Assembly (NCBI GenBank): GCA_050613775.1
Contig: JBODTK010000113.1
Span: forward strand, 1-64,000
Direction: 5' to 3'
From: Neocallimastix sp. 'constans'
Taxonomy: Eukaryota
Length of the DNA stretch: 64,000 nucleotides
Within the stretch, counting starts at the first letter, position 1, and each line of letters opens with the position of its first letter. The notes under the pieces were generated by a model. It saw nothing but the letters and a program-made list of their open reading frames with translations. It was not told the DNA's origin and ran no database searches. Below are positions 1 through 11,949 of this stretch, piece by piece. The position numbers and the translations under genes are program-made.

Positions 1-391
1 CCCTAGAGCCTCCACAATACAGCATCTTGTCGTATTGGATCGTATTGGAGAGGAAGATTTACGAGAAACGTCTAATTTTTCTTGCTCTAATCCAGACACT
101 AAAAATTGAGTTCACTGTCGAAGTGGGTAAGTGTAGCCAAGAAGACGGCAAAATAGTGTGGTTATCGGTTACAGTTAATATCCTCAAGAAATGCTGGGAT
201 ATGATATCCGTGCTGCTCCTCTGAATACATTCGAAGTCAAAGACATTGACTGACGCGACAGTGGAACTAAGGGTATGAGAATTGGTGCAGATTGGAACAG
301 ACGAGATTAGACTAGACGATGGTGCCGACACAGAGTACAGCGTATGGCACTTTATGGATGGGCAGATTATTTTTTAACCTCCAATAAAAAA

Positions 392-423
<32 letters not shown>

Positions 424-425
424 AT
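1..425. other. GC-richer segment at the window edge ending in AATAAA plus an A-run; probably the end of a repeat/retroelement or a gene fragment, identity unresolved
   Basis: Composition is much less AT-rich than the flanks and 'ccaataaaaaaaa...' starts at ~381. No recognisable motif in the short ORFs (27-224 +, 59-331 -). Confidence 0.25.
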
Positions 426-564
426 AATAAAATACATTATCAACATTATTATTATCATCATTTTTATTATTTTGTTTTATATTAATAATATTAAAGCTAT
501 TAAAGTTCATTTTTAATATATATATTTATTATTATTATTATTATTATTAACAAATATAAATGGT

Positions 565-1215
565 TTTATTTATTTATTTATTATTTATTATTTATTATTA
601 TATATTATTTATTATTATATATTATTTATTATTATATATTATTTATTATTTATTATTTATTTATTTATTATTTATTATTATATATTATTTATTATTATAT
701 ATTATATATTATTTAATTATTTATTATTTATTATTTATTATTTATTATTTATTATTTATTATTTATTATTTAATTATTTATTATTTATTATTTATTATTT
801 ATTATTTATTATTTATTATTTATTATTTATTATTTATTATTTATTATTTATTATTTATTATTTATTATTTATTATTTATTATTTATTATTTATTATTTAT
901 TATTTATTATTTATTATTTATTATTTATTATTTATTATTTGTTATTTATTATTTATTATTTATTATTTATTATTTATTATTTATTATTTATTATTTATTA
1001 TTTATTATTTAATTATTTATTATTTATTATTTATTATTTATTATTTATTATTTATTATTTATTATTTATTATTTATTATCAATTATTATTTAATATTTAT
1101 TATTTATTATTTATTATTTAATTATTTATTATTTATTATTTATTATTTATTATTTATTATTTATTATTTATTATTTATTATTTATTATTTATTATCAATT
1201 ATTATTTAATATTTA
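565..1215 (+). repeat. (TTATTTA)n heptamer tandem array
   Basis: Direct reading; it accounts for the LLFIIYY ORFs in the ORF track. Confidence 0.9.
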
Positions 1216-1429
1216 ATTATTAATGTATTTATTTATTGTTGTTTGTGTATATGAAATAGAACTTTTCTTTCAACATAATTAATTAAAGAAAATACAAGAA
1301 AAAAAAAAAAAAAAAAAAAAAAAAGGTAATATACATATTAATTAAATTTATTATAGTAAGAAAAAATTATACATATATATATATATTAGTCAAGGAATAA
1401 ACATTATTTAAAAAAATTATTATTGATCT

Positions 1430-1847
1430 CAATAGACAAATATAAATAATTAGTATGTATCTAGAACAAGCCACAATTAAATATAAAAACATGTAATTTT
1501 ATCTGTACTTTAAATCTTTGTTAACCATTTATATAACGCTTACGTTATATATCTAATTATTAATAAATAAATATTAAACAATAATAGATTAAGAGTCTCA
1601 ATACTCTATAATTAATATCAAAGCTTTAAATTTAAAAATCGATTTTAATAAAGTATTAAGATGGCCTATCAATTTAACTTAGCTTAGGACCAATGTCTTC
1701 GTGGTGTATCCAATTTTGCCACATGGAATTTCCTTATCATGACTGCAGCTAGGAGATATGGAATGGAAGAATTCATTGAAGAAGATGTTATCTCTCACCT
1801 GAAGGGTAATAACTATATTCTTAATCCTAAACGAGATTTAGTTTAGT
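1430..1847 (+). mobile_element. Decayed Ty1/copia LTR-retrotransposon 5' remnant (LTR end, degenerate Met-tRNA PBS, Gag N-terminus)
   Basis: 1613-1624 TAATATCAAAGC equals the canonical PBS TGGTATCAGAGC with three G>A changes. ATG at 1661 reads MAYQFNLA*DQCLRGVSNFATWNFLIMTAARRYGMEEFIEE, resembling the copia Gag L-x-G-x-N-(Y/F)-x-x-W motif. The left LTR boundary is approximate. Confidence 0.65.
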
Positions 1848-2144
1848 AAGGTATTCCATAAGCCTCTCCTCACAAAATATTGAAATAATGAAGTGAACTT
1901 TAATCTTTATTTATTTTTTCATTTATCAATTTATTAATTATATGAATATTTTTTTATAAAAAAAAAAAAAATAAATATATGACCAATTAGAACATAATAA
2001 TATTTAAAATAGTAATGTGAAATAAAAAAAAATAATATTCAAAAATAAAGTGTATAAATAGATTCAGAAAAAAGTTCATAGGCAACGAATCTCACCTCTA
2101 TATTACTTATTCGGGATTAGGGTTTGAATGGACTATCTGAAAGA

Positions 2145-2206
2145 GGGTGTGGGGCATTTCGCTAAATTGCATTTCGCCAAGTTGCATTTCGCCAAATTGA
2201 GAATTA

Positions 2207-2242
<36 letters not shown>

Positions 2243-3807
2243 AATTATTGATGTATTTATATTTTTGAAGTAAATATTTAAATATTAAAAAATTATTTTT
2301 CATATATAAATAGCTTTACAAATATCTGTTTAAATAAATAATAAATTGATAAATAATAAATAAAAAAAAATAATAATAATAAAATAAACAATATAGTAAT
2401 ATAATTAATAAAAAAAATAATAATATAAACACTATTGCTATAATTATAAAAGGATTGTCATTAATAATAATAATGACGATTAAATTATAAATAATAATAT
2501 TATTATTAGCAAATATATATATAAATGAATTAATAAAAATAATATTTACCTACTTAAGAAAAATGTAAAAAGTTTTTCTTATAGTATTTTATAAATTAAT
2601 AATAAATAATAAATAATAAATAATAAATAAATAATATAAACTGAATTGCAAAAAGAAGAATTGAAATATTACATTGATTACGAAAGGAGAACTGCTGGAA
2701 TTTTAAGAAATAAAAAACAAAAAAAATTAATAAGAACTGAGGAAATTAAAGCTTTGGTTAAATATTACAAAAATATGGAAATTCTATTAAAAAAAAAGGA
2801 AAGTGTTAGAAATGATTTCATTGACTTATGGTTGAAATACTTAAATGATTTAAATATAAAAATTATTGATTAAATAATAAATTATTAAGAAATGACAGAA
2901 AATTGACCAAATGAATTCTGTCATATATAATAATAATTTTTTAATAGTAAAAATTATTTTAAAAAGAGAATAAATGAATAAATACAATAATTATTAAAGT
3001 ATTTTTAATCTTTATTAGATTAGGTTAGCTTAAGAATATTAAAATATATTTTTATGATAAAATATTATTATTTTAAAAATATATTTAAATAATTAAAATA
3101 TTGTTATAATGTTATTTTTTACAAAATATTAAAATATATCTTTATAATTAAATATATTTTTATAATTAAATATTTTAAATAATTATTTTATTACTATTTT
3201 ACAAAATATTAAAATATATCTTTATAATTAAATATATTTTTATAATTAAATATTTTAAATAATTATTTTATTACTATTTTACAAAATATTAAAATATATC
3301 TTTATAATTAAATATATTTTTATAATTAAATATTATAAATTATTATTTTATTACTATTTTACGAAATATTAAAATATATAATAATAATTTTTTTAATAGT
3401 AAAAATTATTTTAAAAAGAGTATAAATGAATAAATACAATAATTATTAAAGTATTTTTAATCTTTATTAGATTAGGTTAACTTAAGAACATTAAAATATA
3501 TTTTTATGATAAAATTTTATTATTTTAAAAATATATTTTTATAATTAAAGTATTGTTATAATATTATTTTTTTACAAAATATTAAAATATATCTTTATAA
3601 TTAAATTTATTTTTATAATTAAATATTATTAATAATTATTTTATTTTAAAAAATATCTATAATTAATTATAAAATATAATAAAAACAAGTTTAAAAAAAT
3701 TATTTTGAATTTTTATTTATTTATTCATTCATTTACTTATATCAATGAGCCGTTTGTCGAAATGCAACATTTTAATAATACGCCACTTGGCGAAATGCAA
3801 CTCTCCC
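2145..3807 (+). mobile_element. Non-autonomous Mutator-like (MULE) DNA transposon, 1663 bp, inserted in the LINE 3' region
   Basis: Perfect 9-bp TSD TCTGAAAGA at 2136-2144 and 3808-3816. Imperfect TIRs: GGGTGTGGGGCATTTCGCTAAA versus the reverse complement of the right end, GGGAGAGTTGCATTTCGCCAAG. Subterminal GCATTTCGCCAA-type repeats. Residual ORF 2646-2873 is probably the transposase C-terminus. Confidence 0.85.
2925..3640 (+). repeat. Tandem repeats inside the MULE: three 80-bp units (starting 3121, 3201, 3281) within a larger ~450-bp-period duplication
   Basis: 'acaaaatattaaaatatatctttataattaa' recurs every 80 bp; the block at ~2925-3190 is repeated at ~3377-3640. Confidence 0.85.
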
Positions 3808-6800
3808 TCTGAAAGAAATATTTAAAATGGTTTTCTACTTCAAAGGGAATTGGCTCTGCTAGCTTGTCTTACTACATTTTCAGCGTTGACCCTCCTGATT
3901 AGTTTACACTTGTACTTTCATCAGATTAGTAACCCTAACCCTTATCTTGGCATAATTTCTGAAAAGAGAGCCAGTAAATGATCTCACTAAGAATGGTGTT
4001 TTTTTGAGAATAATCACTAGAAATGATTTGGCTCTTAAATAAAAAACATTCTCATTCCCATTCCTTTTTATATAATTTAAATCAATAATGTCTGTATCAC
4101 TTCCACTAAGAAGGAAGTTATATATAATCAATACCACATTGATAACCACATCTGGCACAATGTACCCATCAGAAAGCCAATACTATAATTCAAGATACTT
4201 GAAGTTGAGCTTTCGGTAGTCTCTAGTTTTTCTCAATTTTATTTTTTTTATAAAGCCTTAGCCTCTGATTGATTTTCCTGTCATATCTCTATCCCAGTAA
4301 AAGTTAACAATTATTTCTTTTTGTTTTTTTTTTTTTTTTGAGGGAAATTTATCTAATTTGTCTACTAATATTTTTACTTGTGTTTTATCCCATGTGTGAA
4401 CGTCTACAACGTCACATATCTTTAAGTAAATAAGAGATAATGCTATTCGAGTTTTTCCATTTTTTAAAACACCTTACCTGAGCAATCGCACATTTCCCTG
4501 AAAGAGGAGGAATGTTAAGTACATTAGAAACACAATAAAGGGATGTAAAAGTTATTCCAATTGGAAAATCCTTCAATCCATGTATAATCCTGACTTAACT
4601 AGTGTCTGTGTATCTTTTCATTCTTTCTTTATTCGATCCAAGTAGAGGTGCGTTATACAAAACTTGATCAATTACTATAGTTGAAAATAGCATTCGTTTA
4701 TAAGAGATAAGAATATGAGGATTCTTAAGAGATCCTTGAATGTTTAATAAGGCGCTTTTTTCTTATTTTAATATTCATTCTCTGTATGATCCATTGGATT
4801 GTAATATTTTTTGTGGCATCTCTCTTATATAATAATGTGTTAAAAGTTATAACAAAAATCCTAGCTAATAGAATCTCTAAATATGGCTTTGATAAAATAT
4901 TTATTAGATCATGAACAATATGAATTTCGTGACCGAGAAATATGTATAAGTCTTTACACTTCATTAAAAATTATATGTCAGAGAAGAAAATTTGAAAATA
5001 TAGATACTTAACCTTGATTTTTTTTTATGGGGGTCTCTAAAAAAAAAGGCTTATGACTCTGTTCCCATATATAATGTATTAATGAAAATTCATCACCTTG
5101 GTATTAGAGGTAAATGCTGCTATAAATTTATTGAAAGAGTATACTTATCTTCCAAGGCTTTTGTAAGGGTTGATGAACAATTATAGGAATTTTGTTAGTA
5201 TCAAGAAAGGTGTTCGTCAAGATTATCCCCTCTCACCAACTTTATTTAACTTTGTTCATTAATGACATTGTTAATAAATGTATTAAAAATATGGAATTTT
5301 CTATTGGTGAAAAACGTTGTTGTGAAGGGCATTTTACAGATGTTATTGTGTGGTGTGTTCCAACAAGATTCTCAACTTAAGAAATTGCTAAAATATTGTT
5401 AATAAATAGACTAGAAATAATGTAAATGCAATTTGGAATTCGTTAATGTGCCAGTTTAGTAGTACGAGGGGAAGTTTCAAGATTTTCTTAATAATAGTAA
5501 CCCTACCTTTTATCTTTCAAATCAAGAGTTACCTATAAGAAATTACTATACACATTCTTACGTGTACCGTTTTCAAATGATTTTGAATTGAAACCGATCA
5601 TCCCTTTTTATGAATAGAAACTATCGACACGTTATACCATGATTTTAGGAAAATCACCATTCCTAAATACAATTGATTAAGGCTTTGAGACACTTTTTAA
5701 AAATAGATGAAATATAACTATTATTTTCACTAGATTCTTCTGAATCATCTTTACCAAGAAATCAAAAAGCTTTGAAAAATTCCAATTGGAATACCATCAA
5801 GACCACAAGCTTTAAAGTTAGGTGAAGAGGAGATTACCTCGTTAAATTTCTTCATCGCTAATATAGTAGTTAATTTCCCATTCTTGTTTGCCTTGGACTT
5901 CCCAAATTACTTAGTCCATTGGAATTCTTTCCCGGAAATCTTTAAAAAGACTATGAACTTGGAGAATTCAACCCTAGGAATTTATAATGAGAATGTCAAG
6001 CTTTTAATTTTTTTTTTTCATTTGTAGAAGATATTAGTTCATTGTTATGTTTTTTTTTTATAGGATGAGAGACCGTGAAAGATGGATTATTTTTTTTTGC
6101 ATTCTTTTTTAAACTCCATTTCCATGCTTTCCTGCTATCATTTTTAAGAGCTAACGAACATCCAATTTTAATCCAATATTAATATTCTTTTTTTCCCTAA
6201 ATTAGTTACATTTTTCTATGAATTGATTCACATAATCTATTATACAAGTCAACAATTTTACTAAAATTCATAATAATTACTTGCAAATTTATAACCGTTA
6301 ATTTGTTTATCTTTAATATATTTTACCTTTTGAAGACAATAAAATTTTGTGGGACATCTCTAAATATCGCTTTTCTGATTTTTGTTGAAGATGTAATCGA
6401 TAAATCCTTAGTAATGGAATTAGTAGTGCTGATGAACTTTTCAACTATACTTTCTTCTGAAAGTTCTTCATTTCCTAATTCTTCACTAAGAATCTCAAAT
6501 TTATTATGATCACGAATTTCTTTCTTAAGTTCAAGACATTTTATACCGATCCTATTAAACAATTTTTTCTTTTTTGGTAATAAAAATGATTCATCTGTAG
6601 TAGATTTCTTGCAGTAAACTATAAGATGTTTCACGATCAGATAAAGAATGATAATCAACAAAATAAGCACTTGATATCAATATCTTAACCCAGCATACTT
6701 GAGTTGACTAATACATGGTCAATATCTGATGAATATCTACCTCTAGTTCATGAAATAGATGAACCATTAATTGGAAGAATAAACCAGTTACCAAAGTTAC

Positions 6801-7812
6801 TGTCTGTTATTTTTATTCTCGTAAATCAGCGGTACTTTTAGATGGATGATTAATGTGATTTTTAAGCCATGTAAAATCTTCAGAGAATACCTATCGGAAC
6901 TTGTAATGAGTGTTTCTTAGTTGGGAATATAGACATTACCTACAAATTAGAATACTTTAGAGCGTTTCTATTGCTTATATGACTATATGTTGTTAAAGAA
7001 ACAAGATGAGTATAGAAATTATCTTCAAGGACTGCTTGACATGAGACATGATACTCAAGATATAAACCACTGCAACCTTGGACATATTTAAATCCATTCT
7101 TTTCCGAAAATATTTGAAGATGGGAAGTGTTACTTTTCATGGATTTCTAGCATCATTGGTACCATTTACCTGTTTCCTGAAAAACATAAACATATGAATA
7201 ATGGTTTAAAAATAATTTTGAAAAAGGAACTCAAATACTAATCTCCTTTTTTTTTTACAAAATTCCATCTATTGATATTCCAACTAAAATAAAAAAGAAA
7301 ACTTTTCTATTTTAGAATGTGAAATTGAATTTTGAAAATTAAGATTAGGAATATTGGGAACATTGAGTACATGATTGCCATTTATAACATTTGACTAAAT
7401 TAAGTTGAACTGAGATTTATTGAATTTGTATTATTGAATGTGTTATTTAAATATTAAATTTTGTTTTCAATACTGAAAAGAAACCTTATAATTCCATATG
7501 GAATATCTACAATATGAAATTTTAACTCCTGATATTGCCTTTTTCAAATACGTCTTCAAATTTTGGAGTGGTTGGAAATTTGGAGTGTACACTCTTTTAT
7601 CCTGAAGAAACTATCATTGAATTTGGTTAATTCTTTTCACTAACAAAATATTATCCTTAATTTTTTTTTTTACACACTTTAGAAAGGATAACCTTCGATT
7701 ATCATCAGAATTACAGAAAACTGTAATTAGTACACCTGATATATGGGCTATTCCTTTTTCCATCAACCCTTCCATGGATCTGAAAAAACAATTTATATGA
7801 TTAGGGAGATGG

Positions 7813-7844
<32 letters not shown>

Positions 7845-8069
7845 ATTTATATATAATATATATTTATATAATTTTCATCAATAAAACTTATTTAATGAAT
7901 TATATTGCCCTTAAAATTTCTACAAATTTTTAGATATTAAAAAATAAAAAAAAAAAAAAAGCGTTAAGAAGTATTCAGTATGTAAAAAACTGGGTAGGTA
8001 TATTGTTTACTCTCTCACCAAAACAATGCAACAGTAAGAGCAAGTATGTTGGGTAATCTTTTAATACTA

Positions 8070-8101
<32 letters not shown>

Positions 8102-8159
8102 ACTTCTATATATAGATGTAGATTCTTAAACATATTTATATTAATTCTTTTATTCCAGG

Positions 8160-8196
<37 letters not shown>

Positions 8197-8321
8197 AAAA
8201 TTATATATATATATATATATATATATTTTCTTAATAAAGTAAGTGATAATAATAAATAATAATGGATTTAAAAAGGAAAATTTTTTATTTTCTATATTTA
8301 TATTATAGATATATTTATTTA

Positions 8322-8359
<38 letters not shown>

Positions 8360-8750
8360 TACTTTCTTTTTATGTATAAATAATTATTATCATGACTATT
8401 ATTTTTACTTTTATATATATATAAACATAATAATTATTATCATCATTATTATTATTTTTACTTTTATTTTTTTTTTTTAATATAATTATTTGCATTTATT
8501 TAAATATAAAAAAAGAAAAAAAAACTATAGACTTAAAAAGGTTATAATCAATAAAATAATAATAATAAAAAAAAATCATATATAAATAAAATAAATTAAA
8601 ATGCTTATAATCAATAATAAAATATTTTTAGTCAATAAAAATAATAAATTTAAATATATATATATATATATATATTTATTATTTAATATAAAAAAATGGA
8701 AAAAAAAAAATAAAAAAAAAAATAAAAAAGAAACCATCTTTAAAGGTAGT

Positions 8751-10778
8751 TCATGAAAATAAAAGTTCTACATTTCCTTCAATCTTATTATTTTTATGTC
8801 TATTATTGTACTTTGAACGAATCGCTTCGGCATCTAACTTTAGGAAAAATAGTTTTGATATTAGTCTATTAAGATCTTCTTCTTTAACTTCGATTTCTTT
8901 ATGTGTTTCTTTGGCTTTTTTAATGCTTTCTTCATAACTAAGTTGATTTTTATCATCATCAGTAGAGTCTTCTTCTTCTTCTTCTTTCATCATCATCATC
9001 ATCTTCTTCTTCTTCTTCATTTCATCTTTTTTATCTATTTTTCCTTTTTTTTTTATTTTTTCCCAATTAACATGTTTCTCATTATATTCCAGTCCCTTCT
9101 CATCTAAACCAATGCCTTTAACAATGGCTGGCATGGAAATCACTTTTTTAACACTAAAATCATTATAATATGGAATTTTCCAATTCTTTTGAAACACAAA
9201 AGCTCTCAACCATTGGATAAATTCTTCCTTAGTAATAATTGGATCATTTGCTTTCCAGGGCTTATCAGTTCTCGGATTAATAAATTCATGGGGATGTCGA
9301 TGTTGAAAGAGATCCTGATTTTCTTGATGATTTGAAAGCGTCATTAATTCTTTTAAGATTTTCTTATTTATCTTTAATTCGGTGGATTCCGTAAGCTTTT
9401 TCATATTTTTTTGAAAATCCATATAACTTCCTTTACCTAAAACAATGGCAATTAAAGTCATTATTTTTTTTTGAAAAATGAGTGCTGATGAGGATTTAGA
9501 GGAGGAGGAGGAGGAGGATAATGATGATAATGAAGTAGAAGGTATATTTTTATTATTTTCTTCCCAATCTGGATGAAATTCTAAATTATAGAGATCAATG
9601 TTACAATAGCTTGCTAATAAACTAAAATTAAGGAAGGCCCTATCAATTCTAGATAATTCCACCACGGGAATCTCTTTACAACTCATAACTATATATTGAT
9701 AAAAATCTAAGATATTAGAACATGGTAAATATTTCAAAACTTTATTTTTCTTTTTCACTGGAATTTCATCTAATGGATACTTTAAAAATTGTTTTAAATC
9801 TTCTTCTTTCAAATTAATAAAGGAAACCATTTCTGCTAAATCTTTCTCTGTCTCAAAGGATTTCGTCCTGTCTTTATCATAAATATTTTCAAACTCTTCA
9901 TTCATACTTTTCATTGTTTCATAATCCTCCTTTAAAAGATTTTTAATACAACCAGGTAATAATTTTTTTTTCCCTTTTGGATCTGGACCACAACCTTTTA
10001 ATAAGTAAAACATAATAAGAGTATGAAGTAATTTAATATGATATTTTTCTATACTTTTTTTATTATTATTATTGTTAGTATTATTATTACTACTAGAAAT
10101 GCTATTGTTGATATCAATAAATTTAAAATTAGATAATTCATTTATTAATTGATCCTTTTGATTCGCATAACGTTCACCATTTTTAACATCTGATATCATT
10201 GTAGATTTCTTTTCCCAAGATTTATCATAATAATCCTGATATATATTTGTCTCTTCAAAAAGGGGATCCATTAACCTATTTTCTTTTTCTTCTTTTTTTC
10301 TTCTTACAGAGGAATTATTGATATAGACTTTAATTCTAAATTTACTAATCTTCTTGATTAGATTTACCAGTAAAAAACTTTCATAAGGCTTATTTTCTTT
10401 TATTCCCATAATATCTTCCGATGAAGCATTAAATAATAAAATATTTGAGGATTCATTTTGAATTAAATCAAGTACCTTAATTAAATCATTTGGTAGATAT
10501 ACGATATACTTTGCTTTTTCTTCTTCAGAATTCAAAGTTTTAAAATGAACATTGCGTGGTCGAAAGTCAAAATTGGAATTAATAGATTTATTCATTAGAT
10601 AATTAGTTTTTTTTCTATGATTAGGTAAATTAAAATCTCTATTCTTCTCGTTATTTATGGATTTAATCATGTCCATAATGAAATTATCATCAAATAATTT
10701 AAAAATTTCTTTAATATTATTATCATTTGAATTATTTGAATTCATATTAAAATCATTAAAAAATGAATAATTACTCAT
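8751..10778 (-). CDS. Intronless 675-aa hypothetical protein
   Basis: Uninterrupted 2-kb ORF in very AT-rich DNA, with globular-looking segments (LIMFYLLKGCGPD, EEFIQWLRAFVFQKNWKIPYY) and poly-S/K/M/E linkers. ATG is preceded by the A-rich context seen at other genes here. No family confidently recognised. Confidence 0.8.
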   Translation of the reverse strand: MSNYSFFNDFNMNSNNSNDNNIKEIFKLFDDNFIMDMIKSINNEKNRDFNLPNHRKKTNYLMNKSINSNFDFRPRNVHFKTLNSEEEKAKYIVYLPNDLIKVLDLIQNESSNILLFNASSEDIMGIKENKPYESFLLVNLIKKISKFRIKVYINNSSVRRKKEEKENRLMDPLFEETNIYQDYYDKSWEKKSTMISDVKNGERYANQKDQLINELSNFKFIDINNSISSSNNNTNNNNNKKSIEKYHIKLLHTLIMFYLLKGCGPDPKGKKKLLPGCIKNLLKEDYETMKSMNEEFENIYDKDRTKSFETEKDLAEMVSFINLKEEDLKQFLKYPLDEIPVKKKNKVLKYLPCSNILDFYQYIVMSCKEIPVVELSRIDRAFLNFSLLASYCNIDLYNLEFHPDWEENNKNIPSTSLSSLSSSSSSSKSSSALIFQKKIMTLIAIVLGKGSYMDFQKNMKKLTESTELKINKKILKELMTLSNHQENQDLFQHRHPHEFINPRTDKPWKANDPIITKEEFIQWLRAFVFQKNWKIPYYNDFSVKKVISMPAIVKGIGLDEKGLEYNEKHVNWEKIKKKGKIDKKDEMKKKKKMMMMMKEEEEEDSTDDDKNQLSYEESIKKAKETHKEIEVKEEDLNRLISKLFFLKLDAEAIRSKYNNRHKNNKIEGNVELLFS

Positions 10779-11621
10779 TTTTATTTTTTTATTTTTTATT
10801 TTTTTTTTTATTATTATTATTTTATTTTTTATTCTGCTGTAAATAATACGTCGATATATATATATAATACTAATTTAAATGTTAAATTATATATATATTA
10901 AATATAATTGGTAATTGACTTTAAATATTGAAAGAAAATGTTATATACATGTATATATATATATATATTTTAAAAAAAAAAAAAAATTATTATGAATTTT
11001 ATAACTAATAATTAGCTATTTTCTCTATCCCTTTTTTTTAAAATTTTATTTTTTTAAAAAAAAAAAAATAAATAAATTTTAATTGCTATATTTAAATTAA
11101 CTCCTTCAGACCATTATAAAAAATTTTAAATATTTGAATATTATTATTATTCAATATGTATTATATTATATAATATATAATAAAAATACTGTTTATATTT
11201 CTTATTATAATAAATATTTTTAGAATAATTAAATTATCTATTTATGAATATGTTTTTTTTTTTTTTTTATAGATATATATATATATATTTATTTATTTAT
11301 TTATTTTACCTTCCATAATCAAATAATTTTTTTTTCTTATTTAAATTAAAAAAAAAAAATTATTTAATTATATCTTAAATTGGATATCTAAAAATTAATT
11401 AAAAAAAATAATTAATAATTAATAATAAGATATAAAGTTTTTAAAATTTTAATCATACTAAAATACTCTATATTCCATCTTAATCTTAAAAAGAGATGAG
11501 AAACCGCTTCACTTCATTATTTAACTTTTATATTATTTTTTATATTATTATTTTTTTCTTTTATTATTATTATTATTTTATTTTTTTATTTTATTTTAAT
11601 AATTATATAGAGTATTCTAAA

Positions 11622-11736
11622 AATCTTAAAACAATATAAGATATAATACTTCATTGTAAATATAAAATGTAACTCAAATTCTTAAAACAATATAAGATAT
11701 AATACTTCATTGTAAATGTAAAATGTAACTCAAATT
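11622..11736 (+). repeat. ~58-bp direct tandem duplication
   Basis: 'cttaaaa(a)caatataagatataatacttcattgtaaat(a/g)taaaatgtaactcaaatt' occurs twice. Confidence 0.85.
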
Positions 11737-11949
11737 ATGATGTGCATTACAGATACAAAACAATAAGAATAATATATTCAATTCAATTAGATATTTTCAA
11801 TTTTTTTTTTCTTGCTTTGCTTTTCTATTTCTAAAGATTAATATTTCTTTTATTATTATTATTGCTGTTATTTATTAATTTTCATCTAATTTTTATTTAT
11901 ATTAAATATTATTATTTAATAGTTACTATAATAAAAATATTTAAATAGT

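Larger units (their letters stand above)
2050..7810 (-). mobile_element. Degenerate non-LTR retrotransposon (LINE; APE endonuclease + reverse transcriptase) with many stops and frameshifts, interrupted by a MULE and internally inverted
   Basis: Minus strand: APE motifs FQETG (~7175) and TRGRYSSDIDHVLVN (~6700-6750); RT N-terminal KACGLDGIP (~5790-5815) and SIVSIHKKG (~5601-5627); post-RT IIQRMNIKIR (~4765-4790); ARCGY-like motif (~4145-4160). The RT core (GISLI, KKAYDSVP, KGVRQ..PLSP.LFN, degenerate FADD) lies on the + strand at 4786-5601. Outer boundaries are approximate. Confidence 0.85.

Noticed and set aside
560..1121. ORFs of LLFIIYY repeats
   Set aside because: Translation of the TTATTTA array; no coding evidence.
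1237..1275. TGTTG...CAACA resembling LTR termini
   Set aside because: Only 39 bp with no convincing TSD; likely chance or an uninterpretable relic.
3121..3360. Regularly spaced repeats that could suggest a CRISPR array
   Set aside because: Contiguous 80-bp tandem units without unique spacers, inside a eukaryotic transposon; no cas genes.
6323..6670. 115-aa ORF as an independent gene
   Set aside because: It is the post-endonuclease linker of the decayed LINE ORF2.
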